64,000 nucleotides of DNA from Bosea sp. (in: a-proteobacteria) (GCA_023910605.1 JAAVVV010000001.1:422698-486697); one strand, 5' to 3'; positions 43,124 through 53,280 are shown, counted from the first letter of the stretch. Notes: generated from the sequence alone by a model not told the origin. Program-made: numbers and translations.

Positions 43124-44149
43124 ATGGTCGCGGTCAAGGCCCACGAGGCCGATCGCGCGCTCGCCTCGCTCGATCGCGCCATTCGGCTCGTGCTGCTGTA
43201 TGGCCCGGATCAAGGGCTGATCACCGAGCGCGGCGCACAGCTGGCTGCGGCAGGCGTCACCGACGCCACCGATCCGTTTCAGATGGTCCGCATCGATGGC
43301 GCCGACCTCACCTCCGACCCGGCACGCCTGACGGACGAGGCCAACACCATCGGCATGTTCGGCGGCCAGCGCGCCATCCGCGTGACCGGCGCGGCGCGAC
43401 TGCCGCTGGCGGCCATAGAGCCGCTCCTGGCGACGCCGCCGATCGATTCCATCGTGATCATCGAAGGCGGCGACATGCAGCGCACCAACCCTGTGCGCCT
43501 CGCCGTGGAGCGCGCCCGTCATGGGCTGGCTGTGCCATGCTATGCCGACGAGGCGCGCAGCCTCGATGCGGTGATCGACGCCGTGTTGCGTGATTTCGGG
43601 AACCAGATCGATCGTGACGCGCGCGCAGTGCTGGCCACCCGCCTCGGCGCAGACCGCGCCATGTCTCGCCGCGAGGTCGAGAAGCTCGCACTCTATGCGG
43701 GGCAGGGCCAGCGCATCGAGATGGACCATGTCGACGCCATTGTCGGCGACGCGGCGGCCCGTGAGATTGACGACATCGTGGACGGCGTCTTCAGCGGCAC
43801 ACTGGGCAAGGTCGATCTCGCCTTCACGCGCCTCGTATCCAGCGGCGAGGACCCTGTTGTTCTCCTCGGCTTCGTGTCGCGTCATGCCCAGGCGCTGCTT
43901 CAGGCGCGCAATGCCGTTGATTACGGGAGCGAATCGATTGCCGACGCGGTCAAGGCAATGCGCGGCGTCCCTTATCCTCGCCGCCGCCTGATTGAGGCCG
44001 CATTGTCACGCTGGAGCGGCCCGGCGCTGAACCACTGCATCCTGACGCTGCACCAGGCGATGGTGCAGGCCCGTCGCAATGCGCCGCTGGCGCCTGAGCT
44101 GGCCGCCCGGGTGCTCTGGAACCTGGCTTTGTCCCCGGGACGAGCCTGA
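43124..44149 (+). CDS. holA: DNA polymerase III delta subunit
   Basis: LLYGPDQGL, EANTIGMFGG and SRREVEKLALY. Confidence 0.9.
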   Translation: MVAVKAHEADRALASLDRAIRLVLLYGPDQGLITERGAQLAAAGVTDATDPFQMVRIDGADLTSDPARLTDEANTIGMFGGQRAIRVTGAARLPLAAIEPLLATPPIDSIVIIEGGDMQRTNPVRLAVERARHGLAVPCYADEARSLDAVIDAVLRDFGNQIDRDARAVLATRLGADRAMSRREVEKLALYAGQGQRIEMDHVDAIVGDAAAREIDDIVDGVFSGTLGKVDLAFTRLVSSGEDPVVLLGFVSRHAQALLQARNAVDYGSESIADAVKAMRGVPYPRRRLIEAALSRWSGPALNHCILTLHQAMVQARRNAPLAPELAARVLWNLALSPGRA

Positions 44150-44160
44150 GGCGCCGCACA

Positions 44161-44205
44161 CTTTGCTGTCTTGAGCTTGCCCATCTTGCACTTGCCCGTC
44201 TTGCA
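44161..44205. repeat. degenerate 15-bp tandem repeat, three units (CTTGCCC[A/G]TCTTGCA)
   Basis: 44176-44190 and 44191-44205 differ at one base; 44161-44175 is a more degenerate unit. Located between convergent holA and parB. Confidence 0.85.
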
Positions 44206-44254
44206 GGAGACGAGGGGCCTGCGTTTCAACCGATGCATGCGCTCTCGGCAGGCA

Positions 44255-45133
44255 TCAGCTCTTGAGCCGGCGGCACAGCCCGTCAAGCTGTTCAAGCGTG
44301 GCATAGCTGATCAGGAGCTGCCCGCCGCCATGGCTCTTGTGGCGGATATCCACCTTGAGGCCCAGAACATCCTCGAGCGCCTGTTCGAGTGCGCGGGTAT
44401 CGGGGTCTTTCTGCGGCTGCATCTTCGACTCGGGCGCCGCGCCGTCAGCATTCGCCTGCTGGGCCATGCGTTCCACATCGCGAACTGTCAGGCCTGCGGA
44501 GACGACCTTGCGCGCCACCGCCTCGGGATCTTCAAACGCCAGGAGCGCGCGGCCATGGCCGGCTGAAAGGGACCCATCCGAAAGGCTCCGCCGCACCGAT
44601 TCGGGCAACTTCATCAGCCGCAGGGTGTTTGCCACATGGCTGCGGCTCTTGCCGATGATCTTCGACAGATCGAGCTGCGTGTAGCCGAACTCGGTCATGA
44701 GCTGCTCGTAACCGCCCGCTTCCTCTATGGCGTTCAGGTCGGCGCGCTGAACGTTCTCGACGATCGCGATTTCCAGCGCGTCCTTGTCGGTGGCCTCGAC
44801 GAGGATGACCGGCACTTCATGCAGTCCCGCCCGCTGCGCGGCGCGCCAGCGCCGCTCGCCGGCGATGATTTCGTACACATCCACGAGGCCCGGCAGCGTG
44901 CGCACGAGAATGGGCTGAATGATGCCCCGCTCGCGGATCGATTGGGCAAGCTCCTCGAGTTCGGCCTCATCGAAACTCTTGCGTGGATTGCGGCTATTGG
45001 GGCGCAGAAACTCTACCGGCACCAAACGCTGGCCACGCGCCCGGTCGATGGCGCCAACCTCGTCCCCGACATCGCCAATCAAGGCCGCTAGACCCCGGCC
45101 CAGACGCGAACGCCCCGCTTCGTCTGCCATCAT
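44255..45133 (-). CDS. parB: chromosome partitioning protein ParB
   Basis: LGRGLAALI, NPR, GIIQPILVR, IAGERRWRAA, and HTH SRSHVANTLRL. Confidence 0.97.
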   Translation of the reverse strand: MMADEAGRSRLGRGLAALIGDVGDEVGAIDRARGQRLVPVEFLRPNSRNPRKSFDEAELEELAQSIRERGIIQPILVRTLPGLVDVYEIIAGERRWRAAQRAGLHEVPVILVEATDKDALEIAIVENVQRADLNAIEEAGGYEQLMTEFGYTQLDLSKIIGKSRSHVANTLRLMKLPESVRRSLSDGSLSAGHGRALLAFEDPEAVARKVVSAGLTVRDVERMAQQANADGAAPESKMQPQKDPDTRALEQALEDVLGLKVDIRHKSHGGGQLLISYATLEQLDGLCRRLKS

Positions 45134-45169
45134 GCTTTCTCCTGCTTGCGCATGCGCCGCGATGATCGA

Positions 45170-46006
45170 TCAATGCGCCCTGAGGCGCTGCTCGCGCTGG
45201 ATCACCTCGGACGCGAGCTTGAGATACGCCTGCGAGCCGGTGCACTTGAGATCATAGAGCAACACCGGCTTGCCGTAGGATGGCGCTTCAGACACGCGAA
45301 CATTACGCGGAATCACGGTGTCGTAGACCTTCTTGCCCATGAAACGGCGGACATCAGCCATGACCTGGCCCGACAGATTGTTGCGCGGGTCGTACATCGT
45401 CATGACCACACCCTGAATGGTCAGCTTCGGGTTGAGCGACTGCCGGACCTGATCGACTGTGGCCAGAAGCTGGCTGAGGCCCTCAAGAGCGAAGAATTCA
45501 CACTGAAGCGGCACCAGCACGGCGTTGGACGCAGTCAGCGCATTGATGGTCAGCAGGTTGAGCGATGGGGGGCAATCGATCAGCACGTAGCCGAATCGAT
45601 CTTCCCCAGCCGAAAGGATATTGATGGCATCACGCAGCCGCGTCACACGATCCGTGGCACTTGCGATCTCAAGCTCCACCCCGAGCAGGTCGAGCGTTGA
45701 CGGAGCCACCCACAGATTGGGCACAGCCGTTGGCTGGATCACATCCACAAGCGCCTTGTCTCCGGCCATCACGTCATAGGTGGAGGCACGCCGGCTCTTG
45801 CGATCGATGCCCAGGCCTGTGGAGGCGTTGCCCTGAGGATCGAGGTCGAGGATGAGCACCCGCTCGCCGATCGCCGCCAGTGCGGTGCCCAGATTGATGG
45901 CCGTCGTGGTCTTGCCCACACCGCCCTTCTGATTGGCAAGCGCCAGAACGCGCGGCTCATGGGCGGCGATCATCGGCCGGGTTGGATCAATCGCGCCGGA
46001 AGTCAT
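45170..46006 (-). CDS. parA: chromosome partitioning ATPase ParA
   Basis: NQKGGVGKTTT, DLDPQGN, DCPPSL and IPRNVRVSEAPS. Confidence 0.97.
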   Translation of the reverse strand: MTSGAIDPTRPMIAAHEPRVLALANQKGGVGKTTTAINLGTALAAIGERVLILDLDPQGNASTGLGIDRKSRRASTYDVMAGDKALVDVIQPTAVPNLWVAPSTLDLLGVELEIASATDRVTRLRDAINILSAGEDRFGYVLIDCPPSLNLLTINALTASNAVLVPLQCEFFALEGLSQLLATVDQVRQSLNPKLTIQGVVMTMYDPRNNLSGQVMADVRRFMGKKVYDTVIPRNVRVSEAPSYGKPVLLYDLKCTGSQAYLKLASEVIQREQRLRAH

Positions 46007-46655
46007 GAGAAGCGCTCTCCTCGCGTGGCATGCGGATCGCGAGGATTCGACCGTCGCGATCTGTCAGACTTTTATGGATGTCAGCGGTGAAGATCCAAGA
46101 TCTTGCGGCTGCATCCAGTTCCATCTCTACATCTTGTCCTTTCGGAAAGATACCCACGGCCCCTTTTCTCAACAAGGGGTTTGTCCAGGCAAGCAGCGTC
46201 TCCAGCGAGGCCACGGCGCGGGCGCTGACAACGGAGACATTGAACGGCAGCTGTCGAGCAACACGCTCGATGCGGTCTTGATGGACCTCGCCAGAGGTCC
46301 CGGTCAATCGGATGACATGGCGCAGGAAAGCACACTTTCGGCCATTGCTCTCCATCAGACTGGTGACGCCGAGCCCGGCTTCACTTCTCAGGATCGCAAT
46401 GACGAGACCAGGAAAACCGCCGCCAGAGCCGATATCGAGCCAATGTCCGGTCTGAGGGGCCAAATCCAGGAGCTGTGCCGAATCAGCGATGTGCCGATGC
46501 CACACAGCCGGTAAGGTCGCAGCACTGACCAGATTTTGCGCAGGTTGCCAACGCTTGAGCTCGGCTACAAGAACATCGAGCTTTTCGGATGCTTCACGTG
46601 AAACATCGAACGCGCGTAACGTCGCTTCGCGGTCGAACGCCCTCATCGCCGGCAA
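45987..46655 (-). CDS. rsmG: 16S rRNA m7G527 methyltransferase
   Basis: NLVS, HIADS, DIGSGGGFPG, SARA and FPKG. Start uncertain (46655 TTG or 46646 ATG). Confidence 0.93.
   Translation of the reverse strand: MPAMRAFDREATLRAFDVSREASEKLDVLVAELKRWQPAQNLVSAATLPAVWHRHIADSAQLLDLAPQTGHWLDIGSGGGFPGLVIAILRSEAGLGVTSLMESNGRKCAFLRHVIRLTGTSGEVHQDRIERVARQLPFNVSVVSARAVASLETLLAWTNPLLRKGAVGIFPKGQDVEMELDAAARSWIFTADIHKSLTDRDGRILAIRMPREESASHDFRRD
46590..46605. other. parS site (one mismatch) inside the rsmG coding sequence
   Basis: TGCTTCACGTGAAACA versus consensus TGTTTCACGTGAAACA. Confidence 0.85.
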
Positions 46656-46664
46656 CCACTTTGA

Positions 46665-48521
46665 CTATGCATGAGCTCGCCGATGCCGCTTGACCTGCAC
46701 TGCCAGAAGCGTCAGAGCCGCTGGCGTCATGCCTTCCATCCGCGCCGCCTGTGCCAGTGTCTCTGGCCGGGCCTGACCCAGCCGGGCTTTGAGCTCGTTC
46801 GACAAACCTGCGATGGCGTCAAGATCCAGATCGGTCGGCAGCATGATGGACTGATCCCGGCGATAGGCTTCAATGTCGCTGAGCTGTCGTTCGAGATAGA
46901 CAGCATAGACAGCATCACTGTTGACCCTCTCGGCGATCTGCGGGGAGACATCGCAAAACTCGGGCCATATGCGCTGGATGTCTGCCATCGTGATATCCGG
47001 ATGGGAGAGAAGATCGAAAGCGGTGCGGCGCACGCCATCGCGTTTCAGGAGAAGGCCATGTTTCAATGCCTGGTCAGGCGTCAGGGAGCAGGCCTCCAGC
47101 TGCTTCCGGTACGCCGCAATGGCTGCCTGCCGCTCATTGCGCCTGAGGCTCCGCGCCGCGCCTATCAAACCGGTGCGGTCCGCGAGACTTCCGAGGCGAT
47201 CGTCTGCATTGTCAATCCGCAAGGACAGCCTGAATTCCGACCGCGACGTGAACATCCGGTATGGCTCTGTGACGCCGCGGCTCGTGAGATCGTCGATCAT
47301 GACGCCGATGTAAGACTCGGTGCGGTCGAAGATCACGCCGTCACCTCCTCCGCTGACCAACGCCGCATTCAACCCCGCGACCACGCCCTGGGCGGCCGCC
47401 TCTTCATAACCTGTGGTGCCATTGATCTGTCCGGCCAGAAAAAGTCCTTTGACGGCCCGCAGTTCCAACGTCTGCGCCAGCGCACGCGGATCGATATAGT
47501 CATATTCGATCGCATAGCCCGGCTTCAGCAGGACAGCCTCTTCCAGCCCGGGGATCGTGTGGATGAATGCGCGCTGCACCTCCTCGGGCAGGCTTGTCGA
47601 GATGCCGTTCGGATAGACCGTATCGTCATCAAGCCCTTCAGGTTCGAGGAAGATCTGGTGACCATCGCGATCGCCAAACCGGACCACCTTGTCTTCGATC
47701 GAAGGACAATACCGCGGGCCTCGCCCTTCGATGGCGCCGCCATAGACGGCAGAAAGCGCAATGTTGTCTCGGATGATCTGGTGGGTTCTGTTGGTCGTCC
47801 GCGTGATTCCACACGCCAGCTGTCGCAGCGGAAGCGCATCCGTCATCAGGGAGAACGGCTCGGGCGATTCGTCACCATGCTGGAGCTCCAGCTCATGCCA
47901 CCGGATGGATTTACTGCTCAGGCGTGCTGGCGTGCCAGTCTTGAGGCGGCCCAGCGGCAGGTTGAGCGCAGTGAACTGGTCGGACAGACCAAGGCTGGGG
48001 GCTTGCCCCAGCCGCCCTGCCGGCATCCGCTGATCGCCGATGTGAATCATCCCACGCAGAAAAGTTCCGGTCGTCAGCACAAGTGTTCCGCATCCGAATC
48101 GACGTCCGTCCGCGAGCGCCGCGCCCGTTACGCGGCCATCATGGAGATCGAGCCGATACACGTCGCCCTCGATCACCATGATCTTGGTATTGCGAATGGT
48201 CGACTGAACGGCTTCGCGGTAAGCCCTGCGATCAGCCTGGGCTCTTGGACCGCGGACGGCAGGCCCCTTGCGCCGATTGAGGAGGCGGAACTGGATGCCA
48301 CCAAGATCAGCTGCGCGCGGCATCACCCCGTCCAGAGCGTCGATCTCACGGACAAGATGGCCTTTCCCCAAACCCCCAATGGCCGGGTTGCATGACATGA
48401 CCCCGATCTGGCTTTGATCATGCGTCACCAGCGCGACCCGCGCCCCCGCCCGGGCCGCCGCCGTGGCGGCTTCCACGCCAGCATGACCACCGCCCACAAC
48501 CAACACGTCAAAGTTCGTCAT
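46665..48521 (-). CDS. mnmG: tRNA U34 carboxymethylaminomethyl modification enzyme (GidA)
   Basis: [39 protein letters not shown] and EPYRMFTSR. Confidence 0.98.
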   Translation of the reverse strand: MTNFDVLVVGGGHAGVEAATAAARAGARVALVTHDQSQIGVMSCNPAIGGLGKGHLVREIDALDGVMPRAADLGGIQFRLLNRRKGPAVRGPRAQADRRAYREAVQSTIRNTKIMVIEGDVYRLDLHDGRVTGAALADGRRFGCGTLVLTTGTFLRGMIHIGDQRMPAGRLGQAPSLGLSDQFTALNLPLGRLKTGTPARLSSKSIRWHELELQHGDESPEPFSLMTDALPLRQLACGITRTTNRTHQIIRDNIALSAVYGGAIEGRGPRYCPSIEDKVVRFGDRDGHQIFLEPEGLDDDTVYPNGISTSLPEEVQRAFIHTIPGLEEAVLLKPGYAIEYDYIDPRALAQTLELRAVKGLFLAGQINGTTGYEEAAAQGVVAGLNAALVSGGGDGVIFDRTESYIGVMIDDLTSRGVTEPYRMFTSRSEFRLSLRIDNADDRLGSLADRTGLIGAARSLRRNERQAAIAAYRKQLEACSLTPDQALKHGLLLKRDGVRRTAFDLLSHPDITMADIQRIWPEFCDVSPQIAERVNSDAVYAVYLERQLSDIEAYRRDQSIMLPTDLDLDAIAGLSNELKARLGQARPETLAQAARMEGMTPAALTLLAVQVKRHRRAHA

Positions 48522-48538
48522 GAAGCCACCTGCCAGAA

Positions 48539-48554
48539 TGTTTCACGTGAAACA
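48539..48554. other. parS site (perfect palindrome)
   Basis: TGTTTCACGTGAAACA in the mnmE-mnmG spacer. Confidence 0.95.
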
Positions 48555-48559
48555 TGGGC

Positions 48560-49882
48560 TCACTTACCGATGCAAAAGCCTGCGAACAAGCGGTCCAGCA
48601 CCGTTTCGACATCGACACGGCCAACCAACCGGGCCAGCGCTGTTTGGGCGATGCGCAAATCCTCGGCCATGAGTTCGGGATCACGCACGGAGCCTGCCCT
48701 GTCAAGGGCTGCCACGCAAGCCGCCAGTGCCACCCTCTGCCGCTCACGAGACACGAGCGCAGGTTCGCCACCCAAGCTCCGTCGGAGCGTATCCGCGATA
48801 GCCTCTTTCAATGAGCCGAGGCCCGCGCCTGTCAGGCCGGAGACCACGCATGTTCCGGCCGGAGTGCAGCTATGCCGATCGGATTTGGTCATGACCGGGA
48901 TGACGACGGCGGCTTCGTGCTCGACTGCAACAGGCTCGACATCGTGGCTGAAGACGGAGAGAATGATGTCAGCATCCTGTATGCGGGCCCGTGCTCGACG
49001 GATGCCCTCCTGCTCGACCGGATCGCTGCTCTCGCGGAGACCTGCGGTATCGATGAAGATCACCGGCCAGCCGTCGATCACTCCGGCACACTCCAGAACA
49101 TCCCGCGTGGTGCCTGCGCGGTCGGAAACGATGGCGACCTCCCGGCCACTCAACGCGTTGATCAGGACCGATTTCCCCGCATTGGGCCCGCCGGTGATCA
49201 CGACAGTGGCGCCGTCCTTGACGCGGGCGCCGCGCCTGGCTTGTCCGAGGACCGCAGCAACCGAGCCGGACAACAGCAGGGCGCCGCTACGCACCTTCGC
49301 CACGAGATCACCGCCGACATCGCCCTCGTCGGAAAAATCCAGTTCAGCCTCGATCAGGGCTCTCAACTCGGTAATCGCGTCATTCCACGCCGTGACTTTC
49401 TGCTGCAATGCTCCGTGCAGCTGTCGCTGGGCCTGCGCGAGCTGCAAAGGCGTCTCGGCTTCCAGCAATTCTCCGAGAGCCTCCACCTCAAGGAGCCCAA
49501 TTTTGCCGTGCTCGAGAGCCCGGCGCGTGAACTCCCCTGGCTCGGCGAGACGAATGCCATCATCTACGGCCATGATGGCCCTCAGCGCAGTCTCGACCAC
49601 CGCCCGTGAGCCATGGAGGTGAAATTCCAGGACATCCTCGCCAGTGGCGCTCGCAGGCTCCTCGAAGAGCAGCGCCACGCAGCGGTCGATCAGATCACCA
49701 GTCGGAGGATCACGCAGCGCGACAAGCGTCGCCATGCGAGGCTTTGGCGCGCGGTCCAGCATCGTTTCGATCACGAATCGAACATGCGGACCCGAAAGCC
49801 TGACGATGGCAAGCGCGGCGCGGCCCTGCCCTGTCGATAGCGCCACGATGGTTTCAGAAGGGCCGGGAGGCGCGTGGATCAT
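48560..49882 (-). CDS. mnmE: tRNA modification GTPase (TrmE)
   Basis: TGEDVLEFHLHG, GEFTRRA, PNAGKS, GTTRD, DTAG and C-terminal FCIGK. Confidence 0.96.
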   Translation of the reverse strand: MIHAPPGPSETIVALSTGQGRAALAIVRLSGPHVRFVIETMLDRAPKPRMATLVALRDPPTGDLIDRCVALLFEEPASATGEDVLEFHLHGSRAVVETALRAIMAVDDGIRLAEPGEFTRRALEHGKIGLLEVEALGELLEAETPLQLAQAQRQLHGALQQKVTAWNDAITELRALIEAELDFSDEGDVGGDLVAKVRSGALLLSGSVAAVLGQARRGARVKDGATVVITGGPNAGKSVLINALSGREVAIVSDRAGTTRDVLECAGVIDGWPVIFIDTAGLRESSDPVEQEGIRRARARIQDADIILSVFSHDVEPVAVEHEAAVVIPVMTKSDRHSCTPAGTCVVSGLTGAGLGSLKEAIADTLRRSLGGEPALVSRERQRVALAACVAALDRAGSVRDPELMAEDLRIAQTALARLVGRVDVETVLDRLFAGFCIGK

Positions 49883-49936
49883 TGCTACGCTGCCGAATCG
49901 AGTGCGGCTATGCGGCCTGGACGGCCGCAGCAGCCA

Positions 49937-51202
49937 TCAGGTATTCATGGATTCAAAGAACTCGCTGTTCTGCTTTGTCTGGCGCAGCTTGTCGATCAGG
50001 AATTCGATGGCGTCCTGTGGGCCCATCGGGTTGAGAATGCGGCGCAGCACATAAGTCTTCTGCAACTGGTCGCGCGGCGTGATGAGTTCTTCCTTGCGCG
50101 TGCCGGATTTGAGGATGTCGATGGCCGGGAACACGCGCTTGTCCGCGACCTTCCGGTCCAGCACGATTTCCGAGTTGCCGGTGCCCTTGAACTCCTCGAA
50201 GATCACTTCGTCCATGCGGCTGCCGGTGTCGATCAGGGCCGTGGCGATGATCGTCAGCGAGCCGCCTTCCTCGATATTGCGCGCGGCGCCGAAGAAGCGC
50301 TTTGGTCGCTGGAGCGCATTGGCGTCCACGCCGCCGGTCAACACCTTTCCCGACGAGGGCACCACGGTGTTGTAGGCGCGGCCCAGGCGCGTGATCGAGT
50401 CGAGCAGGATCACCACGTCACGGTTATGCTCCACCAGTCGCTTGGCTTTCTCGATCACCATTTCGGCGACCTGCACATGGCGCGAGGCAGGCTCGTCGAA
50501 GGTCGAGGAGATAACCTCGCCCCGCACAGAGCGCTGCATGTCGGTGACTTCCTCCGGCCGCTCGTCGATCAGCAGCACAATCAGGTAGCATTCAGGGTGG
50601 TTGGTCGCGATCGACTGGGCGATGTTCTGCAGCAGCACCGTCTTGCCTGTCCGCGGAGGCGCCACGATGAGCGCGCGCTGGCCCTTGCCGATGGGTGACA
50701 CGATGTCGATCACCCGCGCCGAGAAATCTTTCCGTGTCGGGTCGCCGATCTCCATCTTGAGCCGCGCATCGGGATAGAGCGGCGTCAGATTGTCGAAATT
50801 GACCTTGTGCTTGGTCTTCTCCGGATCCTCGAAGTTGATCAGATTGACCTTGAGCAGCGCGAAATAGCGCTCGCTGTCCTTGGGGCTCCGGATCGGCCCT
50901 TCGACCGTGTCGCCTGTCCTGAGGCCAAAGCGGCGGATCTGCGAGGGCGAGATGTAGATGTCGTCAGGTCCGGCGAGATAATTCGAATCGGGAGAGCGCA
51001 GGAAACCGAAGCCGTCGAGCAGCACCTCGACAACGCCCTCGCCGATGATCTCGACCTCGCGTGCCGCAAGCTGCTTGAGGATGGCGAACATCAGCTCCTG
51101 CTTGCGCAGGGTTCCCGCGTTCTCCACCTCGACCTCCTCGGCGAAGGACATGAGTTCCGTCGGCGACTTGGACTTGAGGTCCTGGAGCTTGATTTCGCGC
51201 AT
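49937..51202 (-). CDS. rho: transcription termination factor Rho
   Basis: [26 protein letters not shown] and DERPEE. The MREIKL start gives 421 aa; upstream in-frame ATGs also exist. Confidence 0.97.
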   Translation of the reverse strand: MREIKLQDLKSKSPTELMSFAEEVEVENAGTLRKQELMFAILKQLAAREVEIIGEGVVEVLLDGFGFLRSPDSNYLAGPDDIYISPSQIRRFGLRTGDTVEGPIRSPKDSERYFALLKVNLINFEDPEKTKHKVNFDNLTPLYPDARLKMEIGDPTRKDFSARVIDIVSPIGKGQRALIVAPPRTGKTVLLQNIAQSIATNHPECYLIVLLIDERPEEVTDMQRSVRGEVISSTFDEPASRHVQVAEMVIEKAKRLVEHNRDVVILLDSITRLGRAYNTVVPSSGKVLTGGVDANALQRPKRFFGAARNIEEGGSLTIIATALIDTGSRMDEVIFEEFKGTGNSEIVLDRKVADKRVFPAIDILKSGTRKEELITPRDQLQKTYVLRRILNPMGPQDAIEFLIDKLRQTKQNSEFFESMNT

Positions 51203-51429
51203 GATGATGTTCGGGCGGTTGTCCATGGCGGACGACATCCAGGAAGAGGACGCGGCCATCGGAGGGAGATGGGAATTGATATGGTTAACGAAACGTGATG
51301 GGGCCGAGCGATATCGACGTCGCGGTGCGACCATCGGACAGCATCGTTCAGCAACAGTGAGGCAAAAACCGTCTATCCGGTTTGCCGCTGAGTCTCAACC
51401 CCCGCAGCCGCGCCAGCTTGCGGACCCTC

Positions 51430-51852
51430 TCAGAACGGCTTCACGATGACCATCGTCACGATGACCAGCATCAGAAGGGTCGGGACCTCGTTGACGACAC
51501 GGAAGAAACGAGCGGAACGATGATTTGAGTCTGCGGCGAAATTGCGGACCTCGACAGCCAGAAAACCGTGCGCCGCCGACATCGCCGCCACGGCAGCCAG
51601 CTTGACATGGAACCAGCCGGCGACGAGCCAGCCCCCGCTCCATGCCAGATACAGCCCCGTAGCCCAGCTCACGAACATGGCTGGCGTCATGATGGCCTTG
51701 AGAAGCCTCCGCTCCATCACCTTGAACGTCTCGGACTGGACCGAGCCCGCCTCGGCAGCGCAGTGATAGATGAACAGCCGCGGCAGATAGAGCAGCGCCG
51801 CCATCCACGAGATGATCGCGACCACATGCAACGCCTTCAGCCACTCATACAT
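51430..51852 (-). CDS. hemJ: protoporphyrinogen oxidase HemJ
   Basis: WLKALHVVAIISWMAALLYLPRLFIYH and FFRVVNEVPT. Confidence 0.93.
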   Translation of the reverse strand: MYEWLKALHVVAIISWMAALLYLPRLFIYHCAAEAGSVQSETFKVMERRLLKAIMTPAMFVSWATGLYLAWSGGWLVAGWFHVKLAAVAAMSAAHGFLAVEVRNFAADSNHRSARFFRVVNEVPTLLMLVIVTMVIVKPF

Positions 51853-51856
51853 CCGA

Positions 51857-52885
51857 TCACCCCCTGCCGCGCACCAACTGCATCAACCGCTCGACATGCG
51901 CGACAGGTGTCTGCTGCACGATGCCGTGGCCGAGATTGACGATGTGCCGTCCGCGACGCGCCACCTTCATCATCCGCTCCACCCCCTCATCCAGAGCTTC
52001 TCCGCCCGCGACCAGCGCCAACGGATCAAGGTTGCCCTGGGTGACCAACCCCTGGGGCACACGGGCCGCAGCGTCCTCCAGATCGCTGCCCCAGTCGATG
52101 CCGAAACCGTCGGCGCCTGTCGTCTCGGCGTAACGCCCCAGCAACGGCGCCGCCCCACGTGCGAAGACGATGACCTTGCAGTGTGGATGAGCCTGCTTCA
52201 CGCCCCTGATGATCCGGCCGACAGGCTCCATGGACCAGCGCTCGAGCCCTGCCGGCGGCAAGGCGCTCGCAAAGCTCTCGAAGATCTGAACGACTTCCGC
52301 GCCGGCTGCGAGCTGCGCCCTGAGATAGGTTATCGAGGCCTCGACGAGCTGATCGATCACCGCCTGAAGGAAAGACGGATCCTGATAGGCGACGAGCCGC
52401 GCCGGCGCCTGATCGGGTGTGCCCTTGCCGGCTATCATGTAGCTCGCAACGGTCCATGGCGCCCCGCAAAACCCGATCAGCGTGGTCTGCGCCGGCAACT
52501 CCCGGCGCAATCGTTCAACAGTGCGGATCACCGGAGCAAGCCGGTTGAGGTCGAACTGCAGCGGTCGCGCCGCCAGCTCCGCCGCGCTGGTGATCTGCTC
52601 GAGCCTCGGCCCTTCACCCTCCTCGAACCAGACCTTCTGGCCCATGGCGTGCGGCACCACCAGGATGTCCGAGAACAGGATCGATGCATCGAAGCCAAAG
52701 CGGCGGATCGGCTGCAGGGTCACCTCGGTCGCCAGATCCGTATTGTAGCACAGATCGAGGAAGGACCCCGCCTGACGGCGCACCTCGCGATATTCGGGCA
52801 GATACCGGCCAGCCTGGCGCATCAGCCAGATCGGCGGGGTGGCGAGCGTTTCGCCCGCGAACAGGCGCATCAATGTCGTCGTCAT
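51857..52885 (-). CDS. hemE: uroporphyrinogen decarboxylase
   Basis: PIWLMRQAGRYLPEYR, LFSDILV, GAPWTVASY and NLGHG. Confidence 0.97.
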   Translation of the reverse strand: MTTTLMRLFAGETLATPPIWLMRQAGRYLPEYREVRRQAGSFLDLCYNTDLATEVTLQPIRRFGFDASILFSDILVVPHAMGQKVWFEEGEGPRLEQITSAAELAARPLQFDLNRLAPVIRTVERLRRELPAQTTLIGFCGAPWTVASYMIAGKGTPDQAPARLVAYQDPSFLQAVIDQLVEASITYLRAQLAAGAEVVQIFESFASALPPAGLERWSMEPVGRIIRGVKQAHPHCKVIVFARGAAPLLGRYAETTGADGFGIDWGSDLEDAAARVPQGLVTQGNLDPLALVAGGEALDEGVERMMKVARRGRHIVNLGHGIVQQTPVAHVERLMQLVRGRG

Positions 52886-53280
52886 TCGGTCATCCCCGGA
52901 GCCCTTCCTAAAAAGGAATCTTCTTTAGGACTCTTCTGTTGTTTCTTCTGGAGGGGCTCCAATCGCTCCTCCGCCTCTGTCCACATCACATCCACAGCCT
53001 GTCTGGCAAGCGAGGGCAGTTCCGGACCCACTCTTCGGATACGGCGATCGCCGCTTAACCCGCGTGAATCCCCGCGTGAATCCCTCGGGGTCGGTTCGCC
53101 GCCCCGGCGATCTGGCGATTGACCCCAGCAATGCCCATGGATTCATCCCCAACAGCGCGCCTGTGCCTGAAACCGGACCTTCACGCACAGGCCATGACGC
53201 CCCCCGGTCCGAACTGCACACTTGTCCACAAAGCCGAGCCCCTTTATGCGCAGGTGGCAGAGGGGCAGCGGGAGCCGGGC
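52886..53280. other. predicted chromosomal replication origin (oriC)
   Basis: Intergenic next to hemE, the established alphaproteobacterial origin position. AT-rich tract at about 52908-52950; DnaA-box-like CTGTCCACA (52977), ACATCCACA (52988), TCATCCCCA (53143), TCACGCACA (53181) and TTGTCCACA (53222); five GANTC sites; flanking genes mostly point away from it. Confidence 0.8.

Noticed and set aside
53055-53069. CtrA box in oriC (TTAA-N7-GAAT) and TTAA at 51285
   Set aside because: Only one half-site matches, so not called as a full CtrA box.
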